64,000 bases of DNA, taken from NCBI GenBank assembly GCA_050506795.1, contig JBJHCF010000009.1, positions 32,001 to 96,000 of the forward strand. Reading direction: 5' to 3'. Under the pieces are notes generated by a model. The model saw only the letters and a list, made by a program, of their open reading frames with translations, was not told the DNA's origin and did no database searches. Positions 36,867-47,441 of the stretch are shown in pieces; the stretch's first letter is position 1, and each line of letters starts with the position of its first letter. This DNA is from Opitutia bacterium. Its GTDB lineage: Bacteria; Verrucomicrobiota; Verrucomicrobiia; Opitutales; T3Sed10-336. Position numbers and translations under genes: made by a program.

Positions 36867-38327
36867 TCAATCCGTTTTTTCCAGGTCGTAGCCGTCCTTG
36901 CGGTCGAGCACCTTCCATCCGGCCTCGGTCAGTTCCTTCCGCAGGGAGTCCGCCCGGGCAAAGTCCCGCGCTTTTTTCGCCGCCCACCGTTCGTCCGCCA
37001 GTCGCCGGATATCGGCGGGCGTTTCGGTCGCCTCCTTCGCATCGGGTTCGGCATGCAGATCGAGTCCGAGAGCGTAAAGGAGAAAGCCCAAAGCTACTGC
37101 GCGTCGCCTTGACCCCTCGGGGCCTTCGCCATCGCCGCCCTCCGGCATGCCCACCTCCCCAAGCGCCCGGAAGAGTTCGCCCAGAGCCGCCGGAGTGTTG
37201 AGATCGTCGAGCAACCGCTCCCAGGCGGGCTGGAAGGTCCCCAGCGAGTCCGGCCGGTTTTCCAGGAGAAAGGTGCGGTTATAGAACTCATCCCGAGAAA
37301 CCCCGGCGGCCTGCATCACCGCATCCGCCTTGCGCCGGAGTTTTTTCAGGGCGCTCTCCGCCGCCTGGAGCGAATCCAGTGTGAAATTGAGCTGCTGCCG
37401 GTAATGGGCGGAGATTAACTCATAACGCAGCGCCATGGGAGAAAATCCTTTGGCTTGAAGATCCTCCAGCGTGTAGAGGTTGCCCAGGCTTTTGCTCATC
37501 TTTTTGCCGTCCACCATGAGGTGGGCGCAATGAAACCAATGGCGTACGAACGGCTTCCCGGTGCAGGCTTCACTCTGGGCGATTTCGTTTTCGTGGTGGG
37601 GAAAAACCAGGTCGACTCCGCCGCCGTGCACGTCGAAGGTTTCTCCCAGGTAATCCATGCTCATGGCGCTGCACTCCAGGTGCCATCCCGGACGACCCGC
37701 CCCCCAGGGGCTGTCCCAGTACACCTCGCCGTCCTCTTCCTTGCGGGCTTTCCACAAGGCGAAATCGGCGCCCGAGTCGCGTTCGTATTCGTCGGCGTCG
37801 ATCGGCCCGCCGGCGGCCGGCTCACGGTCGGTGGTGATCTCGCGCTCCTTAAGACGCGACAGCTTGCCGTATTCGTCGAACGAGGACACCCGGAAATACA
37901 CCGACCCGCTGTCCGTGGCGTAAGCGTGACCCGATTCGATCAATCGGGAAATCAGGTCGATCTGACTCTTGATATGATCGGTCGCCGCCGGCTCGAACGC
38001 CGGTGGCAGCAGGTTTAGCTTCCTGGCGTCATCGTGAAATCGCTCGGTCCATTTGCGGGTGAATTCCTTTAGGGGCACGCCTTGCTCGCGGGACTCCCGA
38101 ATGGTCTTATCGTCGACATCGGTGAGGTTGCGCACGTGTTTGACCGGAATTCCGGTCATCTCCACCGTGCGACGGAAGACATCCTGCTGCAAAAACGTTC
38201 TTAGATTGCCGATGTGCGCAGGACCGTACACCGTAGGACCACAGCAGTAAAAGCGCAGGGCTTCGCCGTCCTCCGGACGGATTTCGCGCAGGGAGCGAGT
38301 CAGGGTGTCGTACAGATGAACAGGCAT
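36867..38327 (-). CDS. cysS: Cysteine--tRNA ligase
   Basis: CGPTVYGPAHIGN, DFALWK, GRPGWHLECS, FPHHENE and KMSKSLGN. Confidence 0.97.
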   Translation of the reverse strand: MPVHLYDTLTRSLREIRPEDGEALRFYCCGPTVYGPAHIGNLRTFLQQDVFRRTVEMTGIPVKHVRNLTDVDDKTIRESREQGVPLKEFTRKWTERFHDDARKLNLLPPAFEPAATDHIKSQIDLISRLIESGHAYATDSGSVYFRVSSFDEYGKLSRLKEREITTDREPAAGGPIDADEYERDSGADFALWKARKEEDGEVYWDSPWGAGRPGWHLECSAMSMDYLGETFDVHGGGVDLVFPHHENEIAQSEACTGKPFVRHWFHCAHLMVDGKKMSKSLGNLYTLEDLQAKGFSPMALRYELISAHYRQQLNFTLDSLQAAESALKKLRRKADAVMQAAGVSRDEFYNRTFLLENRPDSLGTFQPAWERLLDDLNTPAALGELFRALGEVGMPEGGDGEGPEGSRRRAVALGFLLYALGLDLHAEPDAKEATETPADIRRLADERWAAKKARDFARADSLRKELTEAGWKVLDRKDGYDLEKTD

Positions 38328-38535
38328 GATTCGGCAAAAACGGATGTCCCCACAACAAACAACCCAATTCCGTAAAAGATCAAACCAATACCAGGACCTT
38401 TTCATCTGAAGCCGGCCATCCGCCTCAAAACCCAGTTAAAATCACCGGCATTTGAGATCCAAAATAGACGGATGATCCCAGTCGCCACGGATTTCAGTGG
38501 GCAACTGAGTCGATTTATCGCTAGTATCCCACTCC

Positions 38536-39546
38536 ATGAGCAACGCTTTTTCTCTCGATCTGACCTCGCGCCCCCGGCGACTGCGCGCCTCGGCGTCGCG
38601 CCGGGCACTGGTGGCGGAGACCACACTTTCTCCGTCGGATTTCATTGCACCCTTGTTTGTCATAGAAGGGGCGGGCGAGCCCCAACCGGTGGATGCTATG
38701 CCGGGAGTATCCCGTTTGCCTATTGGTAAACTCGTGGAGGAGTGCCGCACCCTGAGCGCCCTGGGCATTCCGGCGGTGGCGCTTTTTCCATGTCTGGATC
38801 CGAGCCTGAAGGACGATAACGGAACGGCCGCGCTTGACGAAAACGCCCTGATTCTTCGCGCAGTGCAGGCGGTGAAACGGGAAGTTCCCGGTCTTGCCGT
38901 AATCACGGACATCGCGCTCGACCCGTACACGACGCACGGTCACGACGGTCTGCTGAACGAAACCGGAACCGACGTTTTGAACGACGCCACGGTGGAGGTA
39001 CTGGCGAAAATGGCCGTCCTTCACGCCCGGGCCGGAGTCGATTGGGTGGCGCCGTCCGACATGATGGACGGCCGCGTCGGCGCCCTCCGCCGCGCCCTCG
39101 ACTCCGCCGGCGCCGTGAACACCGGAATCCTGGCCTATTCCGCCAAATTCGCCTCCGCCTACTACGGTCCGTTCCGCGAAGCCGTGGGCAGTGCCGTGCC
39201 CGCCGGACGTCCGCATCTGGACAAGCGCACCTATCAGCTCTCGCCGGGAAACCGCCGCGAGGCCCTGCGTGAGATCCGTCTGGACGAGCAGGAAGGCGCT
39301 GACGTGCTGATGGTCAAACCGGCGGGCCCTTACCTCGACATCATTCGTGAGGTGCGTGAAAATACGGCCTTACCGGTGGCCGCCTACCAGGTTTCAGGTG
39401 AATACGCGCAGATTCACGCCGCCGCCCAACGCGGCTGGCTCGATCTCAAAGCCTGCCGCGACGAATCCCTGCTCGCAATCAAACGCGCCGGGGCGGACAT
39501 GATTCTTACCTATTTTGCCCGCGCCGCCGCGGAGGAACTCACCTAG
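38536..39546 (+). CDS. hemB: Porphobilinogen synthase (Asp-rich metal site)
   Basis: DIALDPYTTHGHDG, APSDMMDGR, SAKFASAYYGPFR, MVKP and AYQVSGEY. Confidence 0.97.
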   Translation: MSNAFSLDLTSRPRRLRASASRRALVAETTLSPSDFIAPLFVIEGAGEPQPVDAMPGVSRLPIGKLVEECRTLSALGIPAVALFPCLDPSLKDDNGTAALDENALILRAVQAVKREVPGLAVITDIALDPYTTHGHDGLLNETGTDVLNDATVEVLAKMAVLHARAGVDWVAPSDMMDGRVGALRRALDSAGAVNTGILAYSAKFASAYYGPFREAVGSAVPAGRPHLDKRTYQLSPGNRREALREIRLDEQEGADVLMVKPAGPYLDIIREVRENTALPVAAYQVSGEYAQIHAAAQRGWLDLKACRDESLLAIKRAGADMILTYFARAAAEELT

Positions 39547-39582
39547 CCGCCGGTCGGACTTCGCCGAACGGCCGCCAGCGGT

Positions 39583-40401
39583 TCACCCCTTTTTACCTCC
39601 GCGCGGACGAGACTCCTCGTCCTCGTCGTCCTCGAGATCGTCCAGTTCCTCGTCCTCCTCGTCGTCCCCCAACTCATCCAGGTCCTCTTCTTCATCCTCC
39701 CCGACGATCGTATCATCATCGTCGTCATCTACGTCTTCATCGTCCTCCCACCGAAGGGATTCATCTTTCTTGAGTTCCTCCTCCTCGTTTTCATCGATAT
39801 CCGGAAAATCGTCGCTGACTTCCTCCTCGATGGCACGCGCCTTACCTTCCTCCTCGTCGTCAGATTCGTATCCGGCGGGAACGTACTCCAGAATATTGAC
39901 GATTTCGGTGAACAAATGAACGGCGCTCCCCTCGATGAAGTTGGAATTCTGTTCCTCACGGATCTCCTCCTCGATTTCGTCCATGGTCAACTTCTGCTCG
40001 AAGTCGATGGTGTCATTGAGAAGCTTGACCCGCAATTTGGTAATATGATCGATAAAATCGGCGTAAGGACCGGTTTCTTCATCAATAAGGTTGGGCAGGG
40101 CGAACAGGTGGTCCTCGGTGTCGAGAAAAGACTCGTTGGCCCGGCGCAGATGCACGCGGCCTTCCCCCAGATCCTTTTCAATGCGGAACGGAAAAAACGC
40201 CGCCTCCAACAGGTTAGCTTCGAAGCCGTAGTCGTTGAGTGGTTCGATCAAGTCGATGATGTAGCTCATCTGCCGGGGATCGATAATACTCAATCCGTCG
40301 ACATCCCAATGAACATCGTCGCTAAGCTCATCAACCCACCAGTTGAGATCCTCTCCCAACCGCACCACACACCACTCAAGCTGCCTTTTTGTTTTCGCCA
40401 T
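39583..40401 (-). CDS. Hypothetical protein with long Asp/Glu-rich C-terminal tail
   Basis: Coding-like ORF with a globular N-terminal region (LNWWVDE, GLSIIDPRQ) and a long D/E tail ending RPRGGKKG. Confidence 0.75.
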   Translation of the reverse strand: MAKTKRQLEWCVVRLGEDLNWWVDELSDDVHWDVDGLSIIDPRQMSYIIDLIEPLNDYGFEANLLEAAFFPFRIEKDLGEGRVHLRRANESFLDTEDHLFALPNLIDEETGPYADFIDHITKLRVKLLNDTIDFEQKLTMDEIEEEIREEQNSNFIEGSAVHLFTEIVNILEYVPAGYESDDEEEGKARAIEEEVSDDFPDIDENEEEELKKDESLRWEDDEDVDDDDDDTIVGEDEEEDLDELGDDEEDEELDDLEDDEDEESRPRGGKKG

Positions 40402-40651
40402 AAAAAAATTCGCCACCTTCCTGAGATTTTTGGTTCGTAACCAAGCTTTGCCCTACAGCAGGAAAAAACCCGCACCGGCGGTCAAGTCAACCTGCGAAAT
40501 GATGAATTTTTCGCTATTTTCCCATGATTTGGCTGGCGCGACAAATTCCGGCGCTGCAGGCTGGTCGAATCACGCAGTCACCGGCGCCGCCGCGGAGTCA
40601 ATTCCTACCTCGCGGATACACTACGTTTACCGCCGGAAAAAATCGGCACTT

Positions 40652-41719
40652 ATGGGATTCTGGTACGACAAGACGATCAAACCGTATCTTTTTCGGAAGG
40701 ATCCGGAAGCCGCGCACCATCTGGCGGTGCGAGGGATGCACCTGGCGAGTTCCGTGCGACCGCTCTGCCGTTTGATGGCACGTCTTACCCGCCCGGGAGG
40801 GCGGTGTCGCCCGATCGAACTTTTTGGACTGCAGTTTCCCAACCCGGTCGGCCTGGCCGCGGGATTCGATAAGGACGGAGTCTGCTGGCCCGCGGCCGCC
40901 GCGCTTGGATTCGGCCATGTGGAAATCGGCACGGTGACGGCGCAACGCCAACCGGGCAATCCGCGCCCGCGTGTGTTCCGTTATCCGCAAGAGGAGGCCG
41001 TCATCAACCGTATGGGTTTTAATAACGACGGCGCCGAAATCATCGCTCAACGTCTGGCCCGGCAATCCCGTCGGGACCGCACCGTTCCGCTGGGGATCAA
41101 CATCGGCAAGTCGCGCGCGGTGGGGATCGACGACGCGGCCGATGATTACCTCGCCTCCTTTCGTGCGCTCGCCGATCACGCCGACTACATTGCGATCAAC
41201 GTCAGCAGCCCCAACACTCCGGATTTACGCCTGTTGCAGGAGAGTTCACATCTCGCAGGGTTGCTCGGGACGCTTTGTGATGCCAACCTGCGCCGTACTC
41301 AAAACGAAGGGAAGACGCGGGTGCCTTTGCTGATCAAAATAGCACCCGACCTGAGTTACCGACAGATCGACGCGCTGCTGGAGACCGCGGCCAACCTGCG
41401 CCTGGACGGTGTCATCGCCACCAATACCACACTGGACCGGCCCGGCCCCTGCGCGACGATGCGTGAATCCGGAGGACTGAGCGGCCGGCCTTTGCGCACC
41501 CGGGCGACCGACATCGTGCGCTACATACACCGGCACACCGACGGAAAACTTCCCATCATTGGAGTCGGGGGAATTCATGACCTGGAAGCCGCCGGGGAAA
41601 AAATGGATGCCGGCGCCTCCCTGGTGCAAATCTACACGGGCATGATCTATCAGGGTCCTTTTTTCGCGCGGGACGTCGCGCGCGCCCTGGCCCACCACCA
41701 GCGAGCGGACTGGGTCTGA
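40652..41719 (+). CDS. pyrD: Quinone-dependent dihydroorotate dehydrogenase
   Basis: GLAAGFDK, NRMGFNN, NVSSPNT, KIAPDL, ATNTT, GGLSG and IIGVGGI. Confidence 0.96.
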   Translation: MGFWYDKTIKPYLFRKDPEAAHHLAVRGMHLASSVRPLCRLMARLTRPGGRCRPIELFGLQFPNPVGLAAGFDKDGVCWPAAAALGFGHVEIGTVTAQRQPGNPRPRVFRYPQEEAVINRMGFNNDGAEIIAQRLARQSRRDRTVPLGINIGKSRAVGIDDAADDYLASFRALADHADYIAINVSSPNTPDLRLLQESSHLAGLLGTLCDANLRRTQNEGKTRVPLLIKIAPDLSYRQIDALLETAANLRLDGVIATNTTLDRPGPCATMRESGGLSGRPLRTRATDIVRYIHRHTDGKLPIIGVGGIHDLEAAGEKMDAGASLVQIYTGMIYQGPFFARDVARALAHHQRADWV

Positions 41720-41843
41720 GACCCTGGTTTGGCCGCCGCAGCAGACCCCCGTAACATCCTGTGGAAATGTCGCGACGTGCCGAGCCGGGCATTTTCTCCT
41801 CGCGGAAGTCCGAAGCGCCCGTTAGGTTCCCCATTTTTGTATC

Positions 41844-42743
41844 ATGGTGAACGAGCGGCATATCGACGTGGACGAACTCATCGCCAAGGCCCGGGTCTTG
41901 CTCGAAGCACTGCCTTACATTCAGCGCTTCAAGGGATCCACTTTTGTGGTGAAGTACGGAGGCAGCTTCATGGACGATCCCGATCCGGAGGTTCGTTCGC
42001 GCCTGGCGGTGGACATCGTTTTTCTGGCCGCGGTCGGAATCAATGTGGTGGTCGTGCACGGAGGCGGCAAAGCCATCTCGCAGGCCATGGAGGTCGCGGG
42101 GCTGACGCCGGTTTTCAACAACGGCCTTAGGGTAACCGACCGCGATGCGATCGCAGTGGTCCGTAAGACCCTGAACGACGTGGTTAACACCGACATCTGC
42201 TCCATGATCCAGGCAAAGAAAGGGTCGGCCGCCGGCATGCCGGGCCAGTCCATCATGCTGTGCCGGAAACTGCAGGAAGACGATGAGGGGCGCTCCATCG
42301 ACCTGGGATTCGTGGGCGAAGTGACCGAAGTGAAGATCAAGCTGATCAAAAAAGGCCTGGCGGAAAACCGCATCCCCGTCATTTCGCCCCTTGCCAGTGA
42401 CGACTCCGGGCAGATTTACAACGTGAATGCCGATCTCGCCGCCGCCCGGGTGGCCGGAGCTCTCCGGGCCCGCCGGCTGGTGTTTATGAGCGATGTGCCC
42501 GGACTTCTGGCCGACGCTTCCGACCCGGACAGCCTGATATCGACTTTGCATGTGGACCGGGTGGAATTCCTGAAGCGTTCCGGCGTCATCGACAAAGGCA
42601 TGCGGCCCAAGGTCAATGCCGCGGTTCGGGCGTTGAGCGAGGGCGTCCAACGGGTCCACTTCATCGATGGTCGCATGCCCCACAGCCTATTGCTGGAGAT
42701 TTTCACCGACCGGGGGGTGGGCACCGAAATCGTACACAAGTAA
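41844..42743 (+). CDS. argB: Acetylglutamate kinase
   Basis: VKYGGS, VHGGG, GLRVTD, NVNAD, GMRPK and [10 protein letters not shown]. Confidence 0.96.
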   Translation: MVNERHIDVDELIAKARVLLEALPYIQRFKGSTFVVKYGGSFMDDPDPEVRSRLAVDIVFLAAVGINVVVVHGGGKAISQAMEVAGLTPVFNNGLRVTDRDAIAVVRKTLNDVVNTDICSMIQAKKGSAAGMPGQSIMLCRKLQEDDEGRSIDLGFVGEVTEVKIKLIKKGLAENRIPVISPLASDDSGQIYNVNADLAAARVAGALRARRLVFMSDVPGLLADASDPDSLISTLHVDRVEFLKRSGVIDKGMRPKVNAAVRALSEGVQRVHFIDGRMPHSLLLEIFTDRGVGTEIVHK

Positions 42744-42749
42744 ACGCCA

Positions 42750-43961
42750 ATGGAATCGTTTCAACACGAGGATACCCAGGAGCTCTACGAAAGATACATC
42801 CTGAAAAACTACGCCCCGGCACCCTTGACGCTGGTGCGCGGCGAAGGGGTTTACGTATGGGACAGCGACGGGCGCCGTTACCTTGATTTCGGCGCCGGCA
42901 TCGCGGTCAGCGCTCTGGGACACGGCCATCCGGCCTGGGTAGCCGCAATCAAAGAGCAGCTATTTCGTCTGACTCACGTAAGCAATCTCTATCGGAATCG
43001 CAACCAGGGACGTCTGGCGAAAAACCTGGTCTCCCGGTGTGGTCCCGGCCGGGTGTTCTTCTGTAACAGCGGCGCCGAAGCGAACGAGGCCCTGCTCAAG
43101 CTCGCGCGCCTCCACGGCGTTCGCAAAACCGGCCGGGAAGGAGTCTGCTACAAGGTCGTTACCGCCCTGAACGGATTTCACGGACGCACCTTCGGCGGCA
43201 TGAGCGCCACCGGACAAGAGAAAATCCGCCAGGGTTTCGCTCCGCTGCTGCCGGGGTTCTCTTTCGGCAAGCTGAACGATCTCGCCGATTTCGAACGATT
43301 GATCGATGATGAAACCGCGGCCGTGTTTCTGGAGACGATCCAGGGGGAGGGCGGCATTCACCCCTGCACTGTCGAATTTCTCCAGGGGATCAGGGACCTC
43401 TGCGAAAGGCGCGGGGTACTGCTGATTCTCGACGAAGTGCAATGCGGCATCGGGCGTACGGGACGGTTTTTCGCCTATGAAAAGGCCGGGATTCGCCCCG
43501 ACGCCATCGGCATGGCAAAGGGACTCGGAAGCGGTTTTCCCCTCGGCGCGATTTGGGTCGATGAAAAATTTGCCGACCTGTTCACTCCCGGCTCACACGG
43601 TACGACCTTCGGCGGAACACCCCTGGGATGTGCCGCCGGACTGGCCACCCTGCACGTAATCGAGAAGGAGGGCCTGATGGAAAACGTGCAACGGAACGCC
43701 CCGGAGTGGATCACGGCCCTGCAAGCCCTGCAGAACGAATTTACGGACCAGGTGCTTTCCGTGCGCGGCGAGGGGTATATGGTGGGCGCCCAGCTCGCGG
43801 TCAACCCCCTCCCCACGGTAGCTGCAATGCGGGATCGCGGTATGCTCGCAGTGCCGGCCTCCGGAAACGTAATTCGTTTTCTGCCGCCGCTTATTGCAAC
43901 AGCAGAGCACCTGCGCCAGGCGACGGAGATCTTTCGCGACGCCCTCTCTGCCACCGGTTGA
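42750..43961 (+). CDS. argD: Acetylornithine aminotransferase
   Basis: NSGAEANE, FHGRT, DEVQCGIGRTG, AKGLG and HGTTFGG. Follows argB. Confidence 0.93.
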   Translation: MESFQHEDTQELYERYILKNYAPAPLTLVRGEGVYVWDSDGRRYLDFGAGIAVSALGHGHPAWVAAIKEQLFRLTHVSNLYRNRNQGRLAKNLVSRCGPGRVFFCNSGAEANEALLKLARLHGVRKTGREGVCYKVVTALNGFHGRTFGGMSATGQEKIRQGFAPLLPGFSFGKLNDLADFERLIDDETAAVFLETIQGEGGIHPCTVEFLQGIRDLCERRGVLLILDEVQCGIGRTGRFFAYEKAGIRPDAIGMAKGLGSGFPLGAIWVDEKFADLFTPGSHGTTFGGTPLGCAAGLATLHVIEKEGLMENVQRNAPEWITALQALQNEFTDQVLSVRGEGYMVGAQLAVNPLPTVAAMRDRGMLAVPASGNVIRFLPPLIATAEHLRQATEIFRDALSATG

Positions 43962-43973
43962 GCCTTTTCCGGC

Positions 43974-44693
43974 ATGAGCGAATCGCCCCGGCCATCTCGA
44001 AAACCGTTCTTCACCAAAACGATTCTGCCCGTCCGGTACTGGATCGTTTGTCTCCTGGCACTCGGAATTGGGGTTCTGTACTTTGCGGGTATCGAATGGG
44101 ACCTCCACGCCTTCCTGGATTGGATACGGGATCAGGGACCGCTGCCGTTTTTTCTGGCCCTCGCTGTTTTGCCCGCTTTCGGGTTTCCCATCACTCCATT
44201 TTTTCTGGTGGCCGGAGCCGCGTTCGGTGTCTGGACCGGTATCATCGGTTCGGTCATTAGCCAGGCGCTGAACCTTATTCTTTGCTTTTGGCTGGCCACC
44301 CGCTACCTGCACGGTTTCCTCGAACGTCTTATCGCGCGGACGCCTTACCGTATTCCACAGATTCGCCAGGAAAACCGGTTAAAGGTGACCCTGCTGATAA
44401 AGATCACCCCCGGACCGCCGAACTTTCTCAAGAGTTATATTCTCGGACTGGCCGGCATTCCCTTCGGCATGTTTTTCCTGGTTTCCCTGCCCACCTCGGT
44501 CGGTTACGGCATCGGGATCATCGTGCTGGGCGATTCGCTGCTCGAAGGAAACATCGGCCAGTCAATCGTTGGGATCTGCATTCTGGTATCGTTACTGATC
44601 GGCATCCGACTCCTGCGCGAGCACCTGTTGCGCCGAAAACGCCTCCGCGAGAGGAATGAGATCGAGACACCGTCACCGGAGCCTGAAGCTTAA
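43974..44693 (+). CDS. TVP38/VTT (DedA superfamily) membrane protein
   Basis: Multi-TM profile with FP..PF...AG..FG...G and KITPGPP...Y..G patterns. Confidence 0.75.
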   Translation: MSESPRPSRKPFFTKTILPVRYWIVCLLALGIGVLYFAGIEWDLHAFLDWIRDQGPLPFFLALAVLPAFGFPITPFFLVAGAAFGVWTGIIGSVISQALNLILCFWLATRYLHGFLERLIARTPYRIPQIRQENRLKVTLLIKITPGPPNFLKSYILGLAGIPFGMFFLVSLPTSVGYGIGIIVLGDSLLEGNIGQSIVGICILVSLLIGIRLLREHLLRRKRLRERNEIETPSPEPEA

Positions 44694-44706
44694 AGATGAC
44701 CCGCGG

Positions 44707-45339
44707 TTAAAACCGCCCCCGTCCGTACTTCGATTCCCAGTAGAGCAGGAGGCCGAAGCCGAACACCATACCGCCCAGGTGGGCAAAGTGGGCGATGCCG
44801 CCCAGGGCGCCGGTCATTCCCGCCAGGATGGAAACAGCTCCGATGATGATAACGAGGTACTTCGCCTTCACGGGAACCGGCGGAATCAGGAGCATGATCA
44901 TCTGATTCGGATAAATCCGCCCGAAGGCGACCAGAACTCCAAGCACACCTCCCGATGCCCCAAGCACAGGAGAACCTCCGCCCGGAGCCAAAACGCCCAC
45001 CACCAAGTGCAATAAGCCGGCGCCCACCACACAGAAGAAGTAATAAAAGGCGAACCGCCCGCTGCCCCAGAGGTTCTCGATTTGCACCCCGAACATCCAA
45101 AGCACGAACATATTCACCAGGATGTGCATGAAACTGCCGTGCAGAAAGCCGTACGACAACAGTTGCCAGGGATAAAAACCGGGACCTCGCGGATGGTCCC
45201 CCAACGGCCAAAGAATCAGCCGGTTGATGACCTCGGCCGGAGCCATATCCTGCAGCAGGAACATCACGGCGCACGCCCCGATAAGGGAAGTAGTGACCGG
45301 CGGAAATGCTTGTTGATTCATTGACATCCCTTGACTCAT
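44707..45339 (-). CDS. Rhomboid family intramembrane serine protease
   Basis: FLHGSFMHILVNM, GASG and AHLGG. Confidence 0.93.
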   Translation of the reverse strand: MSQGMSMNQQAFPPVTTSLIGACAVMFLLQDMAPAEVINRLILWPLGDHPRGPGFYPWQLLSYGFLHGSFMHILVNMFVLWMFGVQIENLWGSGRFAFYYFFCVVGAGLLHLVVGVLAPGGGSPVLGASGGVLGVLVAFGRIYPNQMIMLLIPPVPVKAKYLVIIIGAVSILAGMTGALGGIAHFAHLGGMVFGFGLLLYWESKYGRGRF

Positions 45340-45349
45340 CGCCGCAACC

Positions 45350-45523
45350 CTACCGCAATTCGCGACAAAACCAAGCCGGAACCACCGTTCCGATCGAGTC
45401 GATGTGCGCCATGGGGTTAAGGGTCACCCCTCCCGGCGAGCGCGGCAGGGTGTCGCCCAACTTGTCCGCGGCATGGGCGTGCGCCCACTCATGAATCGAA
45501 ACGTTCATACCAGAGGACTCCAT
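45350..45523 (-). pseudogene. Truncated site-2 protease (peptidase M50) N-terminal fragment, 57 codons
   Basis: Hand translation: MESSGMNVSIHEWAHAHAADKLGDTLPRSPGGVTLNPMAHIDSIGTVVPAWFCRELR*. HExxH and LGD...TLNP..HID..GT are the M50 signature; the rest of the protease is absent. Confidence 0.75.
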
Positions 45524-45563
45524 TTCGCGGTCGCCGCGTCCCGGCGGCGAGCCTTTTCAACCC

Positions 45564-45595
45564 AAAAAAAGCGGCGGGCCGTAACCCGCCGCTTT
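45564..45595 (-). terminator. Rho-independent terminator after the PEP-CTERM gene
   Basis: AAAAAAA-GCGGCGGG-CCGTAA-CCCGCCGC-TTT, giving a U7 tract on the minus strand. Confidence 0.8.
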
Positions 45596-45617
45596 GTGAA
45601 AGGTGAATTCCGAAACT

Positions 45618-47441
45618 TCAACTCCGCCGCCGGCGGCGTAACATGAGGGTTCCAGCCAGGGCCAGGAATCCGAAGATCGCCGCGTAGGTGGAAGGTTCGG
45701 GAACAACGGCGAGATCATTGCCCCCAAGGTAATTATAATCAATATGATACCCGTCGGGCAATCCGATGACATCGACAAACTCGGTTCCGGTCAGAAGAGC
45801 ATAGGACGCGAAGACATGTACCCCGGAAAGGTTATCTCCAATCTGCGACAGTTCCAGGATCGCATTTGTGATATCGAGTTCACCCAAAACATCAAGGAAG
45901 TCCACCTCCGAACCGTCGAATTCCACAACGAACGTCCCCTCGATTTCGGCCGAAGCTACCGTTAGGCTTCCGATGGAGGTCCCGGGATTAATGAACGCGC
46001 CCGCCGCGATAGACACCGGTGCTCCGATCATACCCGTGCCCATGAGCGTGGCGTTCGGCTCCACACTGACACCGGAAACATTCGCCAGGGTTCCATTAAA
46101 CGCCACCGAGCCGGCGCCGGATATGACCACGGATCCGGTGCCCGCCATATCCTGTGATATTCCCAAGTCAAATCCGTTCGTATCGATGTGGAGGCCACCG
46201 GCGGCAATAAACGCGCTAGACAAGCCGTGAATGAATTCAGGATGGCTCGCGTTGGCAACGATCTGACCTCCGTCAAAGGTCACGATAGAACTGCCGTCGC
46301 CCCCCAGGATCCGGGTCGTTTGGAGGGTGCCGCCTTCAATCGTGAGTTCACCCTGCGCACCCTCCTGAACTCCAATGTGCACGATGCCCTGATTGGTGTT
46401 GATGACACCGGTGTCCGAGAGGGTCACACTGCCTGTGCTGTCACCAATCTCGCTGATCCAGAGGTTGCCGTTCTGAAGATCGATCAACCCGCCGCTCTGG
46501 TTGATAACGCCATTCCCGGCAAACGAGCCCAGAACCATATGCTGCCCCTCGCCGCTTCGGGTAAGGGTTCCCCCGGACATATTCAGAATACCCGTGCCCC
46601 CTCCGTCCTGACCGAGAGCGAACCAGTAGTTCGAGTTGAACTCCCCGCCGGACAGGTTAAGGATTCCGGTGGATCCCCAGTTTCCAATGCGCGTCGGTAC
46701 TCCGGCAGCGACGTTGACTTCCCCGTCCGACAGATTGTACGTCCCTTCACTTCCACCGCCGGAAGCGATCCAGAATTGTCCCCCGTTCGCATTGAAGGCG
46801 CCCGAGTTGTGGTTGACCGTGGCGGTACCCCCAAAATCCGCCGCGATAAAATGCCCAGTAGAATTGAAAGTGCCGCCATTCAGGTTGATGGTGCCCTGGT
46901 TCCCACTCTGGAACCCGACAAAGATTAATCCATCCGCCACGTGGCTGAAGGTGGCGCCGGATTCAATCGTAAGCGTACCCGAGGAAACCGGTTCGCCCGA
47001 ATCCGCACGACCGATATTGGTGTTACCACCGCCCACGTTTTCAAGCACCGTACCCTCTCCTGATACAGTCACGGTCCCCTCGTTTCCCTCACCGGTCAGA
47101 CCGCCAATCCAAAGCCAACCGAGGTTGGTAAACGTCCCGCCTCCCTGAATCTCGGTGTGGCCGCCGCCCTGCCAACCGGAACGCAGTTCGAACACGGTAT
47201 GGGCGCCATCAGAGTTCCACACCGCGGTCCCGCCGTTGCTGATGTCGGCGAAGTTGTCCTCGCCCGGAACCTGCTGCGGATCCCAATTGGCCGCGTCCAT
47301 AAAGTCACCCATGTCCGCGTTGTCCCACACTACGGGCGATTGCGCGGAAACGGTCGTGCCCGGCAGGAATCCCACCAAACAAACCGCCCCCAAACCGAGC
47401 GTAAACAAATTCACCAGGAAGTATTTTGCGATGGTTTTCAT
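45618..47441 (-). CDS. PEP-CTERM surface protein with autotransporter-like beta-helix repeats
   Basis: Signal peptide, G.LNLSGG-type Gly-rich repeats, and the C-terminus VVPEPSTYAAIFGFLALAGTLMLRRRRRS. Start placed at ATG 47441 (GTG 47462 is possible). Confidence 0.92.
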   Translation of the reverse strand: MKTIAKYFLVNLFTLGLGAVCLVGFLPGTTVSAQSPVVWDNADMGDFMDAANWDPQQVPGEDNFADISNGGTAVWNSDGAHTVFELRSGWQGGGHTEIQGGGTFTNLGWLWIGGLTGEGNEGTVTVSGEGTVLENVGGGNTNIGRADSGEPVSSGTLTIESGATFSHVADGLIFVGFQSGNQGTINLNGGTFNSTGHFIAADFGGTATVNHNSGAFNANGGQFWIASGGGSEGTYNLSDGEVNVAAGVPTRIGNWGSTGILNLSGGEFNSNYWFALGQDGGGTGILNMSGGTLTRSGEGQHMVLGSFAGNGVINQSGGLIDLQNGNLWISEIGDSTGSVTLSDTGVINTNQGIVHIGVQEGAQGELTIEGGTLQTTRILGGDGSSIVTFDGGQIVANASHPEFIHGLSSAFIAAGGLHIDTNGFDLGISQDMAGTGSVVISGAGSVAFNGTLANVSGVSVEPNATLMGTGMIGAPVSIAAGAFINPGTSIGSLTVASAEIEGTFVVEFDGSEVDFLDVLGELDITNAILELSQIGDNLSGVHVFASYALLTGTEFVDVIGLPDGYHIDYNYLGGNDLAVVPEPSTYAAIFGFLALAGTLMLRRRRRS

